A DNA stretch of 64,000 nt from Pirellulales bacterium (GTDB taxonomy: Bacteria > Planctomycetota > Planctomycetia > Pirellulales > JAICIG01). The notes below the pieces were generated by a model. The model saw nothing but the letters and a program-made list of their open reading frames with translations. It had not been told where the DNA came from and ran no database searches. Location of the stretch: positions 21,219 to 85,218 of the forward strand of contig JAICLL010000005.1 in the NCBI GenBank assembly GCA_025927475.1, given 5' to 3'. How positions within the stretch are numbered: the stretch's first letter is position 1; each line of letters opens with the position of its first letter. The translations under genes and the position numbers were made by a program. Of the stretch, positions 43,340 to 52,468 are shown piece by piece.

Positions 43340-43376
43340 ATCTTACCTGGGTTTCCCGGCTTGTCAAGCAAATTCT
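43340..43376 (-). promoter_or_regulatory. candidate promoter with palindromic -35 context upstream of family member C
   Basis: On the minus strand, GAATTTGCTTGACAAGCC, with TTGACA at 43367-43362, a 16-nt spacer and TAAGAT at 43345-43340. A near-identical GAATTCGCTTGACAAGCG occurs at 2770-2753. Confidence 0.45.
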
Positions 43377-43434
43377 AGACGGATTCCGTGAACTGGGCGG
43401 AATGGGCCGGCTATCCCCTATTTTTACAATCGCT

Positions 43435-44811
43435 TCACCCGGGACGGTCTTGGAAGGCCATCCTCCGATGGTTGCCAGCCAGCGAAACGCCGGACAGGGC
43501 GCCGATCGCATAAAGCAGCACGTCGGAAAAGCTCGGCGTGGAATCGGCGAGCCAGATTTGGCCGAACTCAATCGTCAGGGCGAAAGCGGCCATCACGACC
43601 AACAGCGCAGCCAGCAGCCTGCGATACCCGGCTTTCGACGCTGTCCATGAACTCGCAATTTGCGGCAGCATGGCGCCCAGCAGCCCGAACATCGCTCCCT
43701 TGCGCATCACTTGGGTGGCGGCATTCAACTCAGTGCCGCAAAACAAGTTGCTGAATGGAACTTCAAAAAAGTTCTGCCGCCGCGCTTCGATCAACCCGGC
43801 ACCCGAAATCCAATGAAACGGCGACCAGAAAAACCACAGCAGAAACGCGCCATACACCATCGCGGCCGCCGGCCAGATCCAACGTGCGGCGGCGGACTGG
43901 GGCCGGTCGGCGAGTTTTTGTACCGGGCACCGATTCAGCCAGTGCCGGGCCGCCAAGACCCCCGCGGCAACGCCCGCCGCCGCAAGTATCAACTGCGTGA
44001 CGTCGGTGTATCGACTCATGACCAAGAGCTGGCCTGCTTCGATACCACAGGCGTTCAGCATTCCCCAGGCGATGCTGCGCCACACGCCCCGCAACGGCTG
44101 GCGGCGGCTTGTACCCAACGTCGCAGCCGCCGCCCCAATAGGTATATAGAGAAGAACATCGCTGGCCAGGTCGTACCAGCCCATCGCGTCGAGGCGCACG
44201 TGTGCGAAGGGTACAAGACAGATTTTGCCTTCGCGATATTTCTGCCAGACCTCCGCCGGGCGAATCGTCAGATCGAACGGCAGCAGCGAATAAATGACGA
44301 AGCCGAGCAGATATACATGCAAGAACCGATCAAAGCGGCCGCTGGATCGGTCGGATGATTTGAACGAACGGACCCAGGTGGTGAGGGCTTGGCCGCGCGC
44401 CAGCCAAAGAATGGTTCCCAGCGCCGCGCCCAGACATTGGGCGGCGATGTCGTTGGGCGAAGGCACGCGCGGCGGAAACCAGGTCTGGGCGAATTCAATC
44501 GCGACGCTAAACCAACCGCAAGCGAGCATGACCAGCGGTGCGCCGGCCGCGGCGCGCCGCCAGCCCGGTCGGTCGCACGCGGCAGCGCCTAGCCAGCAAA
44601 ACCCGATCGGCACGAACAACAGCACGTTCGTGGCCCAATCCGTGCGCGATTCAAAGCTAAGCCGCCACAGCAGTTCTTGGAATCGCTCGACGGCGCCGGC
44701 CAGCGGCAGCGGATGCCAGGCCAGCGGCACCAACGAGCCGTAAACCGCGAGCGCCGTGAAGCCGGCGGCCAGCAACAGGTAGGGCTTTTTATACAAGGCG
44801 AAGTGCTCCAC
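43435..44811 (-). CDS. VanZ-like family membrane protein (tandem VanZ-like modules)
   Basis: Multi-TM. VYGSLVPL..TDWATNVLLFVPIGF and later ..DVLLYIPIGAAA / ..SDVLLYAIGALSG are VanZ-like motifs. GTG 44811 is proposed because longer starts overlap the upstream gene. Confidence 0.65.
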   Translation of the reverse strand: MEHFALYKKPYLLLAAGFTALAVYGSLVPLAWHPLPLAGAVERFQELLWRLSFESRTDWATNVLLFVPIGFCWLGAAACDRPGWRRAAAGAPLVMLACGWFSVAIEFAQTWFPPRVPSPNDIAAQCLGAALGTILWLARGQALTTWVRSFKSSDRSSGRFDRFLHVYLLGFVIYSLLPFDLTIRPAEVWQKYREGKICLVPFAHVRLDAMGWYDLASDVLLYIPIGAAAATLGTSRRQPLRGVWRSIAWGMLNACGIEAGQLLVMSRYTDVTQLILAAAGVAAGVLAARHWLNRCPVQKLADRPQSAAARWIWPAAAMVYGAFLLWFFWSPFHWISGAGLIEARRQNFFEVPFSNLFCGTELNAATQVMRKGAMFGLLGAMLPQIASSWTASKAGYRRLLAALLVVMAAFALTIEFGQIWLADSTPSFSDVLLYAIGALSGVSLAGNHRRMAFQDRPG

Positions 44812-44896
44812 CGCGGATTCGGTGGCTGTCGGCCGCGATAGACGCCGGCGCTTGGCGCCACGGCATCCGTCGCGCCGAAAACCTGCCCTACGAGCA

Positions 44897-46033
44897 TTAC
44901 GGAATGCCGCGGACGATTGGCGGGCCGATGAGGCGGGTGAGCCAGACGGGCAGGCGCTGCCAAACGCGCACGCGGCGGGCATAACGCGCGTTGTCGGGAC
45001 GCATGTCGCCGCCGCCGCCGCCGCGCCGCACATAGTATTGCCAGACCGCCGGGCTCGGCTCGGCCCCCCATTGCCGCTTGAAGCGAAACGTGCCGCTGTC
45101 GATCGTGCTGCGGCCGAAGTCGAAAACCTGCTGCCCGCGTTCGATTGTCCCGACCAGCAGTTGCCAGTACATCAGCATGTTGGCATTGGCCGAGTTGTAT
45201 TCGCGCAGCGAGCTGGCGCTGGGCACCTCGGTGCTGCGGTCGCCATGCACCAGCAGCGCGGCGGCGATGGGCCGCGGTCCATCGGAAACCACACACAGTT
45301 CGGCCCGCTCGGACAATTGCTGAAGGATTGCTTGGAACAAGCGGCGGCCATAGACGGGCGTGCCCAGATCACGCATGTTGCGGCTGAAGACGGCGTAAAA
45401 ATCATCGAGCCGGTCGACGCCGCCCCAGGCGACGCGGAACCCCGGCTCTTGGCCCTTGCGCACCTGGTTACGCACCTTGGCCTTGAGCTGATGCCACAGT
45501 GCGTCGGCCGAGTCGGGCAGCGGCAGGCGCATGTGGACCTTCGAGGTCAGTTCGCTGGTCAAGGCCGGATGCTCGATGCGCACTTCGTGCCGCAGTTCGA
45601 GATAGCGAACGTCGAGCTCATCGGCCAGTTGCACGGCACGGTCGACCAGCGATGTTGCCACCGTGGCGTCATCGGCCAACACCCCGGCAGAATTGAGATA
45701 CGGCAGGCTGACCAGAAACCTGCCAAAAAGCCGGCTGCTTACGAGTGCCAGCGGCAGGCACCCCGCAAGCTGGCCGCCTTGATGGGCCATGAGCCAATAC
45801 GGCCAGTGGCCGAGGCCGTCGCGCAAGATGGCTGGCCAGGCGGGAAGATGGTGAGGGCAAACCGCCGCCCCCGTCGGCGCCAGCAGCGGCCGGATTTGCT
45901 CGATCGTGGGCGCGCCATCACTGACCGTGATTTGCGGCGGGGTCGGGTTGGCACTAAGCGCGTTCGTACCCACACCCGGCGTGGCGGTAGGGCGGGACGA
46001 GCTGGCGAGTCCCAACATCGGCATCAACCGCAC
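44897..46033 (-). CDS. FemAB-like (GNAT-fold) protein of the PEP-CTERM/exosortase-associated type
   Basis: HLPAWPAILRDGLGH..LPLALVSSRLFGRFLVSLPYLNSAG..KVRNQVRKG..FRFKRQWGAEP resembles the FemAB-related family described as PEP-CTERM-system associated (recalled, not searched). Confidence 0.7.
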   Translation of the reverse strand: MRLMPMLGLASSSRPTATPGVGTNALSANPTPPQITVSDGAPTIEQIRPLLAPTGAAVCPHHLPAWPAILRDGLGHWPYWLMAHQGGQLAGCLPLALVSSRLFGRFLVSLPYLNSAGVLADDATVATSLVDRAVQLADELDVRYLELRHEVRIEHPALTSELTSKVHMRLPLPDSADALWHQLKAKVRNQVRKGQEPGFRVAWGGVDRLDDFYAVFSRNMRDLGTPVYGRRLFQAILQQLSERAELCVVSDGPRPIAAALLVHGDRSTEVPSASSLREYNSANANMLMYWQLLVGTIERGQQVFDFGRSTIDSGTFRFKRQWGAEPSPAVWQYYVRRGGGGGDMRPDNARYARRVRVWQRLPVWLTRLIGPPIVRGIP

Positions 46034-46093
46034 TTGTTGCAGTCATGGTTTTAAAGGCGAGAATTCCGGTCATGTTCTCCGCCAAGTGTTGCG

Positions 46094-47968
46094 TTACGCC
46101 TTCATCGCCACCGCTTGGCGTTCGGTGCGGATTTCGGCCAGACGGGGATGCGGCACGAGATATGAGCCGATGGCCAGGTAATCCAGCCGCCCCTGCAAAA
46201 ACGCCCGAACCGCATCAGCCGGCGTACAGACGATCGGTTCTTCGTGCATGTTGAAGCTGGTATTGATCAGCGCGGCAGTGCCCGTCATCTCGTGGTAACC
46301 GCGCAGAATGCGATGGAAGCTGGGGTTCGTGTGTTCGCTGACCAACTGGGGCCGAGCGGTGCCATCGACATGGACCGCGGCCGGGCAGGTTCGCTTCATT
46401 TCGTTCGTGCAATCGAAGGTGACCGTCATGAACTCCGACGTTTTTTCACAACCCGAAAGATTATGAAACAGCCGGTGCGCCTCGCTGGCCAACGCGGCCG
46501 GGGCAAACGGCATGAACTCAGTGCGACCCAACTGATGGTTCAGCCATTGATTGACTTCGGGATCGTGCGCTGGATAGAGAATCGAGCGGTTGCCTAGTGC
46601 GCGCGGTCCGTATTCCATTCGCCCATTAAAGCGGCCAACGATGCGGTCTTGGGCCAGCAACCGGACGATGGCGTCTTCGATGTCGTGCGAGCGCTCAAAC
46701 GCCAGCCCCGCGGCGTCGAGGGCGGCCTCGATCTCCGCGTCGGAGTAGCCGGGGCCATGGTAGACATTTTCAATCGGACCACCGCTGGGCATCGCCGGGC
46801 CAAAAGCCAGCATCGCCGCGCCTGTGCCGCAGCCGCCATCGCCCATGTTCGGGTAAATAAAAACTTCCTCGAGGCCGGGAATTTCACGAATCCGCTGGTT
46901 AAATTTGACGTTGGCGTGTACGCCACCCGACATCGCCACTTTGCTCAGCCCGGTCTGCTTCAGCCAATAGGCCACGGTTTGAGCGCCAACCTGTTCGAGC
47001 ACGCGTTGATAGGCCGCGGCGACGTCCCGTTTGGCGAAGTGCTGGGCGAGCTCCCGCGTGAAGAAATAATTCTGGCTGGCCCGCATCACGATGTCGCCGT
47101 CACGACAATCAAACCGCTCACGCAAGGCCGGGCCAAGTACCTCGGGATTGCCATAGGCCGCCAGCCCCACGATCTTTCCCTCGTGGCGTCCGGCCCTGAA
47201 CCCCAGCCCGCTGGTGACGAATTCGTAAAACATGCCCAGCGAGTTGGGAAAACGAAAGCGGTGCAGCAAGCGAATGCCCTTGTCGCTTCCGACGTAGACG
47301 CCGCCGCAGTTGCCCGAACCGTAACCGTCGAACGTGACCAGCAGCGCCTCGTCGAAGCCCGAAGCGTAGAAGGCGTTGGCGGCGTGCGTATCGTGATGGT
47401 TGAAACGCCGCAGTTTGCCGCTCAGCCCGTACTGGGCCAGCCCTTCGGCGAGTTGCCGGGTGCGCAGGCGATGATCGGCAACGGCCTCGCGCTGCCAGTT
47501 GGCCAGAAAGCGGCGATGCGTCAGGTAATCGAGCCGCGGATAAGTCGACACCATATGGTAGACCATACGCTTAGCGAGCGGCTTGGGCGGCACGAATTCG
47601 TCGGACTCGCGGTCCAGCCCGTGTACGCGCACGCTGCGATTGACGCGGTATCCCCGCCGAGCCTGCCGCATCTTGGCGAGCGAAGCGGCAGTGGATGTCG
47701 ACCGGTGCCGTTGCGTATCGCAGGAGATCGCCTCTGCGATCAGCCGGGCTTCTTCGTCGCCGTCGAAAAAGGCATAGGCTGCCACGTCGATCGAGGCGGG
47801 ATCCCAGCCGGTGCGGGCCAGTCCAAGCTGCACGGCCCGGTGTGGAAAGCCGTCTTGCAGCTTCACGCGCGACAGCCGCTCTTCCGCGCAGGCGAAGACG
47901 ACTTGGCCGTCTTCCATGAACGACGCTGTGGCGTCTTTGTCGAGTGGACTAATTCCGAGCACACGCAT
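46094..47968 (-). CDS. carbamoyltransferase (NodU/CmcH family)
   Basis: MRVLGISPLDKDATASFMEDGQVVFACAEERLSRVK..HHDTHAANAFYASGF..; ~620 aa, typical length. Confidence 0.9.
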   Translation of the reverse strand: MRVLGISPLDKDATASFMEDGQVVFACAEERLSRVKLQDGFPHRAVQLGLARTGWDPASIDVAAYAFFDGDEEARLIAEAISCDTQRHRSTSTAASLAKMRQARRGYRVNRSVRVHGLDRESDEFVPPKPLAKRMVYHMVSTYPRLDYLTHRRFLANWQREAVADHRLRTRQLAEGLAQYGLSGKLRRFNHHDTHAANAFYASGFDEALLVTFDGYGSGNCGGVYVGSDKGIRLLHRFRFPNSLGMFYEFVTSGLGFRAGRHEGKIVGLAAYGNPEVLGPALRERFDCRDGDIVMRASQNYFFTRELAQHFAKRDVAAAYQRVLEQVGAQTVAYWLKQTGLSKVAMSGGVHANVKFNQRIREIPGLEEVFIYPNMGDGGCGTGAAMLAFGPAMPSGGPIENVYHGPGYSDAEIEAALDAAGLAFERSHDIEDAIVRLLAQDRIVGRFNGRMEYGPRALGNRSILYPAHDPEVNQWLNHQLGRTEFMPFAPAALASEAHRLFHNLSGCEKTSEFMTVTFDCTNEMKRTCPAAVHVDGTARPQLVSEHTNPSFHRILRGYHEMTGTAALINTSFNMHEEPIVCTPADAVRAFLQGRLDYLAIGSYLVPHPRLAEIRTERQAVAMKA

Positions 47969-48935
47969 GATATTCGCCCTCCAATTGTTGTGCGAGTTCG
48001 GTTGTGGTAACGGGAACAAATTCGGCCGATGCCGCCAGTTTTGCGAACACGCGCTCGATGAGGCCGAAGATCCGTTGTTCGTCGCCAGCGGTGCGCGTGT
48101 ACGGTCCCTTACCGGCCATCAGAGAAGAGCTATGAACGGTAAAACAAATGTGCCGCAACGCTAAGCGCCGAGCGACTGGCAAAAAGTCGAGCATGTGCTC
48201 GCCCAGCGGCGACTCGAAGTTCATCCAAATCCGGCGGATGAGCCGCAACCGCTCGGCGATGCCGATCAGGTGCAGCTTGCCGAGCCAACTGTTTTCGACC
48301 AACTCGTAGCATCGTCGCCAAAAGCCGAGCGGCCAGCGGTTGAATGCTAGGGTCAGCGGGATTTCCCAGAGTGGCGGTCCGCCTTGTTCGTGGGAGGGCA
48401 GTCGCTTGGGCAGTAAGCCCCGCTGGCGATAATCGGGTGCGCCGTCGTCGGGCCAGGTCGTCAGCGGCAACACAGAAGCATCGGCCCAGAACGCGTGCCG
48501 CTGAAGAAAGCGGGTGACCTGCCCGCCGCTCGAGTAACGTCCGCCGCGGAAGCTGGTGGGCCGCATGCCGATCTCGCTGAAGCGTTGGTAGACGTTGGTC
48601 AGTTTTGCCGCGATGAGGTCGTCTCGAAGATTATGTAAAAAAGTGTCGCGGGCGTTTGTTGATCGAGCGTCCATGATCGGCGGGGTATTCCACGGATGGA
48701 TGTGCATGCCCAGTTCAACGCCCGGCCCGCTCGCCACTTCGAGGATCGTCTGCCTGGCCCGGCAATCGTCGAGCACTGCCAGATCGACGAAGTAGGTTGG
48801 CCGGACGCCGTATTTCGCGCAGAGATCCTGAAACCGCGGCAGCGCGTCGATATTGGTGACGCTGGGCCGCCCGGTGGGCCAACCGGAGGCCCAGTCCCAT
48901 TCTTCTTCGGTATCGACGGTTACGGTGAAGCGCAC
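47949..48935 (-). CDS. polysaccharide deacetylase-like protein (WalW-like)
   Basis: MRFTVTVDTEEEWDW.. N-terminus and GVRPTYFVD..HIHPW motifs, as in the WalW/deacetylase family. Confidence 0.7.
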   Translation of the reverse strand: MRFTVTVDTEEEWDWASGWPTGRPSVTNIDALPRFQDLCAKYGVRPTYFVDLAVLDDCRARQTILEVASGPGVELGMHIHPWNTPPIMDARSTNARDTFLHNLRDDLIAAKLTNVYQRFSEIGMRPTSFRGGRYSSGGQVTRFLQRHAFWADASVLPLTTWPDDGAPDYRQRGLLPKRLPSHEQGGPPLWEIPLTLAFNRWPLGFWRRCYELVENSWLGKLHLIGIAERLRLIRRIWMNFESPLGEHMLDFLPVARRLALRHICFTVHSSSLMAGKGPYTRTAGDEQRIFGLIERVFAKLAASAEFVPVTTTELAQQLEGEYHACARN

Positions 48936-50128
48936 GTTTCGCTCAGCAATTCGTCATACACCGCGCGGATTTTTTCCATGCGGCGGCGGAAGCTATACCG
49001 AGTATCCACCGTTTCGCGCCCGGCGGAAGCAAGCCGCTCGCGCAGCGCTGGATCGCGCAGCAATTCCGCCAGCGCTTGTGACAACGCGTTGACATCATCG
49101 GGCCGCACCAAAAGTCCGTTCTTCCGATCGTTAATGAGCCGCGGCACCCCCGCGATGTCGGTGGCGACAATGGGCACCTCCATCGCCATGGCCTCCAATA
49201 AAACATTCGGCAGTCCTTCGCGCAGGCTGCTCAACGCATAGACATCCATGGCCCCATACCAATCGAGCGTGTCGGATTGGAAGCCCGCCAGACGAACGCG
49301 ATCGCCCCGGGCAAGTTGTGCGATCTGGTGTTCGAGCCTAGTGCGCTCGCTGCCTTCGCCCACAATGCACAGTTCGGCGTCGAGGCCCGACGACAAGAGC
49401 TTATCGAAGGCCGCAATCAATCGGTCGAATGCTTTTTCGTCAGACAGTCGGCCCACCGCCCCAATCAGCAGCCGCTCGGGCGTGAAACCGAGCCGCCGCT
49501 TCAGTTCGTGACGGGGAACGCGCCGAGCAAACTGCTCTGCGTCGATCGCATTTTCAATCACGCTGCATCGCGCGGCCGGCACTCCGCTTGCAACGCAGGT
49601 TTGCCGCAAATCGTCCGACACGCAAATAATTCGGTCATAGAATCGCAAACTGAGCCGGTCGATGGCGTAATAAAGCGGGGTGCGGTGTGTAAACTGCACC
49701 CAGCCGTGGGCCGTGGTGACCAGGCGCATCGGCCAGAACCGCTTCAACAAGACGCCCAAGAGGTTACTCTTGTAATCATGCCCATGCCAAACAGCCACCT
49801 TCTCCCGGCGGCAGAGCCGTAGAAGTTGTCGCGCGACGCCGACGTCAAGTGGACCACGATCGAGAACACCGATGACCTGCGCCCGGCAGGCATCGGCCCG
49901 CTTTTGCAGTTGTGCGAAGCCGGGATCCTCGGGCGGATACATATAGGCGCAGAGGACTCGATATCCGTGCGGCTCGAGGAATCGAGAAGAGTTCAAGATC
50001 GTCTTGTCCGGTCCTCCCCCGGTGCCGCAGACCACCCGGGTATGCAGGATGACGGGCTCGGAAGCTTCGGCGCTGCGGCGAGCCTCTTGGACGGCTTGTG
50101 GCGGATATGGAAGGATAGAGCTACTCAT
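48920..50128 (-). CDS. family 4 glycosyltransferase
   Basis: GT-B fold with REGLPNVLLEAMAMEVPIVATDIAGVPRLI E-x7-E motif. Confidence 0.88.
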   Translation of the reverse strand: MSSSILPYPPQAVQEARRSAEASEPVILHTRVVCGTGGGPDKTILNSSRFLEPHGYRVLCAYMYPPEDPGFAQLQKRADACRAQVIGVLDRGPLDVGVARQLLRLCRREKVAVWHGHDYKSNLLGVLLKRFWPMRLVTTAHGWVQFTHRTPLYYAIDRLSLRFYDRIICVSDDLRQTCVASGVPAARCSVIENAIDAEQFARRVPRHELKRRLGFTPERLLIGAVGRLSDEKAFDRLIAAFDKLLSSGLDAELCIVGEGSERTRLEHQIAQLARGDRVRLAGFQSDTLDWYGAMDVYALSSLREGLPNVLLEAMAMEVPIVATDIAGVPRLINDRKNGLLVRPDDVNALSQALAELLRDPALRERLASAGRETVDTRYSFRRRMEKIRAVYDELLSETCASP

Positions 50129-51333
50129 GCCTCGGCGACAGCATGCACGTATTCGGGTGCGACGGACGCCCCACGAAGTGGCGTGCCGGCAATCAGTTCT
50201 TCGAACCGCCGCGCCTTGTCCGACCAGCTTTCATCCCTCAGCCTGACGCGAGCTCGTCGCTGTCTCTCGTCCAAACCGCCGCTTATTCGCTGAACGACCG
50301 CTGCGGCAAAGGCATCGGGTGAGGATGCCAGATCGAGTGCATCGGCCCACTCCCGCGCCGCCGGCAAATCGCGGACGACGGTCGGCTTTCCGGTGGCCAG
50401 GTACTCCTTGAGTTTTAGAGGCTGCATCGCGCGAGTCACCGGCAGCTCGGCATACGGCATCACCAACACCGCGGCTTCGTGGGCCAGTCGCGGTAGCTCG
50501 TAGAAGCCGAGGGACGGACGACGGACCAGCCGCGGAATGCCGGCCAGCTCGGGATCGGCGTTTTGCTCCGGCCCCACGAGCAGCAAGGTTCCGCGATCCA
50601 TTTCGGCAGCCGTTCGCCGCAGGATCTTTACATCGAGCCGCCGGTCGATCAAACCCCAAAAAACAACGAGCGGCCGTTCGAGGCCCGCGAGGATTGGCAA
50701 CGGGGCTGCCTCAATCGGACACAGCCAATGATCCAGATCCACGCCGTGGGACAACAATTCGGCGGCGCGGCCCATCGACGCCATTCGCTCCGCCAATACT
50801 TCGCTCACGGCGATCACGACGTCGGCCCGCTCGACGACCCGTCGCTCTTGGGCTTCCATCGTGCGTGAATCGAGGCCCGGCCACTGGCTGAAGTCGTCCA
50901 CGCAATAATAGATCCACCGCGCGACGGGCAGATCATCCATCAAATCGGCGACAATGGGCAGCGTCGTTACGCCAATAAGCGGCGCCGGCTGATTGCGGAC
51001 CAGCGGCAATAATTGCTTGCACAACAGCGATCGGTTGAGCCGGCGATCGAACGACCGGGTCAGCCACGGCCACATGAGCGGGTTGGCGACCCGCAGATTT
51101 TCGGGCAGTGCGCCCCGGGAAGCGGGCCTGCGGAGCCAACTGCCGATTTTTTGGCCACCACGGCTGAGCGTCGTCCAATCGAGCCGCGGTGGCCGCATGG
51201 CGATGGTATTTACCCAAGTCACCTGGCGACGTGGCAACAACTGGGCGATCAAGTGCTGGCAACTCGACGGGTGCCGACCCCAATCGTCGGCGAAAACCAA
51301 AAGCGGCAGACCGGAAATGGGCGGACTAATCAC
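50125..51333 (-). CDS. glycosyltransferase (GT1/GT4 clan, TuaH-like), paralog of 9970..11184
   Basis: LLVFADDWGRHPSSCQHLIAQLLPRRQVTWVNTI parallels ILCFSHDWSGDPLSKTHLMRLLARHNRVLWVNSI. A GTG at 51333 gives an 8-nt overlap with the upstream stop, whereas the ORF track start at 51486 would overlap by 161 nt. Confidence 0.8.
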   Translation of the reverse strand: MISPPISGLPLLVFADDWGRHPSSCQHLIAQLLPRRQVTWVNTIAMRPPRLDWTTLSRGGQKIGSWLRRPASRGALPENLRVANPLMWPWLTRSFDRRLNRSLLCKQLLPLVRNQPAPLIGVTTLPIVADLMDDLPVARWIYYCVDDFSQWPGLDSRTMEAQERRVVERADVVIAVSEVLAERMASMGRAAELLSHGVDLDHWLCPIEAAPLPILAGLERPLVVFWGLIDRRLDVKILRRTAAEMDRGTLLLVGPEQNADPELAGIPRLVRRPSLGFYELPRLAHEAAVLVMPYAELPVTRAMQPLKLKEYLATGKPTVVRDLPAAREWADALDLASSPDAFAAAVVQRISGGLDERQRRARVRLRDESWSDKARRFEELIAGTPLRGASVAPEYVHAVAEA

Positions 51334-52468
51334 CGAGCAGTTCCTGGTAAAGTCGATCGTACGCGCACAGCATGTGCTCGTCAGAGAATTTTTCGTTGGC
51401 GCGACGGCAGCCGGCTTCCGCCATCCGCGCACGCGCCTTCGAATCGCGCGTGATGTGCAACACGGCTGCGGCGAGGCCGGCATCATCGCCAGCCGGAACC
51501 AAAATCCCCGTCTCGTCGGCTTGCACCACTTCGGCCACGCCGCCCACGTTGGTCGAAACGACCGGCAGGCCCGCGGCCATGGCCTCGATCAAAGTCAACG
51601 GAATTCCTTCGCTGACGCTCGTCAACCAGAACAAATCGGCAGCCGCCAGAATGGTTGGGACGTCGTTTCGCAAACCTAAAAGGCGAATGTTGGCGCGACA
51701 CCGCTTGGCCGCGATTTCCGATTCAATCCTGGCGCGGTCCGGACCTTCGCCGACAAGAACTAGGAATGAATTCGGCAGGACCGCATGAACCCGCTCGAAC
51801 GCGCGAATCGCTGTCGCATGGTCCTTGAGCGGATCGAGCCGCGCGACCTGCGTGATCACCAGGCTGTCCGGCTGGCAACCCCACTCACGCCGTAGCGCCT
51901 CGCGGTGCGCTGCCGCGCCATTGCGATACGCGAGCAGATCGATACCATTATAAATCACGTCCACGCGGCGCTCGGCTAACCCTTCGTTCGCCACAAGCGC
52001 TTGACGCACCGCTTTTCCCACGCCGATTACGCGGTCGTGTCGTCCCAGCAGAAATCGATTTGCCCAGACCCGCTTCGGCCGGCGGTAGTCGGGAAACAGC
52101 CGCCCATGTTCCGTGAATACTAGTGGTACGCGACGTGAGAACCAGCGCGCCGTAGCGCCGTAAAAAAAGGGAGCGTATTGATGTGCGTGCAGCAGGTCCA
52201 CACGCTCGCGTCGCAGCACGCGCGCCAGTTGGACCGCGCAGCCCCAATCGACTCCGGGCCTGCGCCCAACCACGTGAACGGGCATGCCTTCGGCTTGCAA
52301 CGCCTCGCCCAGCGTGCCCAGTTGATCGAGGCAGACGAAGACGAACCGATACCGCGCCCCCAGCCGCCGCGCGATGTGCGCCGCCAGCACTTCGCCGCCC
52401 CCCACCACCAGGCTATGCAACAGTTGACAGATTGTAGGCGCTGCCGCCAATCGTCGTCTCGAATTCAC
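51326..52468 (-). CDS. family 4 glycosyltransferase
   Basis: ICQLLHSLVVGGGEVL.. N-terminus and SEGIPLTLIEAMAAGLPVVSTNVGGVAEVV motif. Confidence 0.88.
   Translation of the reverse strand: MNSRRRLAAAPTICQLLHSLVVGGGEVLAAHIARRLGARYRFVFVCLDQLGTLGEALQAEGMPVHVVGRRPGVDWGCAVQLARVLRRERVDLLHAHQYAPFFYGATARWFSRRVPLVFTEHGRLFPDYRRPKRVWANRFLLGRHDRVIGVGKAVRQALVANEGLAERRVDVIYNGIDLLAYRNGAAAHREALRREWGCQPDSLVITQVARLDPLKDHATAIRAFERVHAVLPNSFLVLVGEGPDRARIESEIAAKRCRANIRLLGLRNDVPTILAAADLFWLTSVSEGIPLTLIEAMAAGLPVVSTNVGGVAEVVQADETGILVPAGDDAGLAAAVLHITRDSKARARMAEAGCRRANEKFSDEHMLCAYDRLYQELLGD

Noticed and set aside
44822-48010. 410-aa and 453-aa plus-strand ORFs antisense to the FemAB-like and carbamoyltransferase genes
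   Set aside because: The opposite-strand frames carry strong family signatures, and these ORFs are compositionally artefactual.
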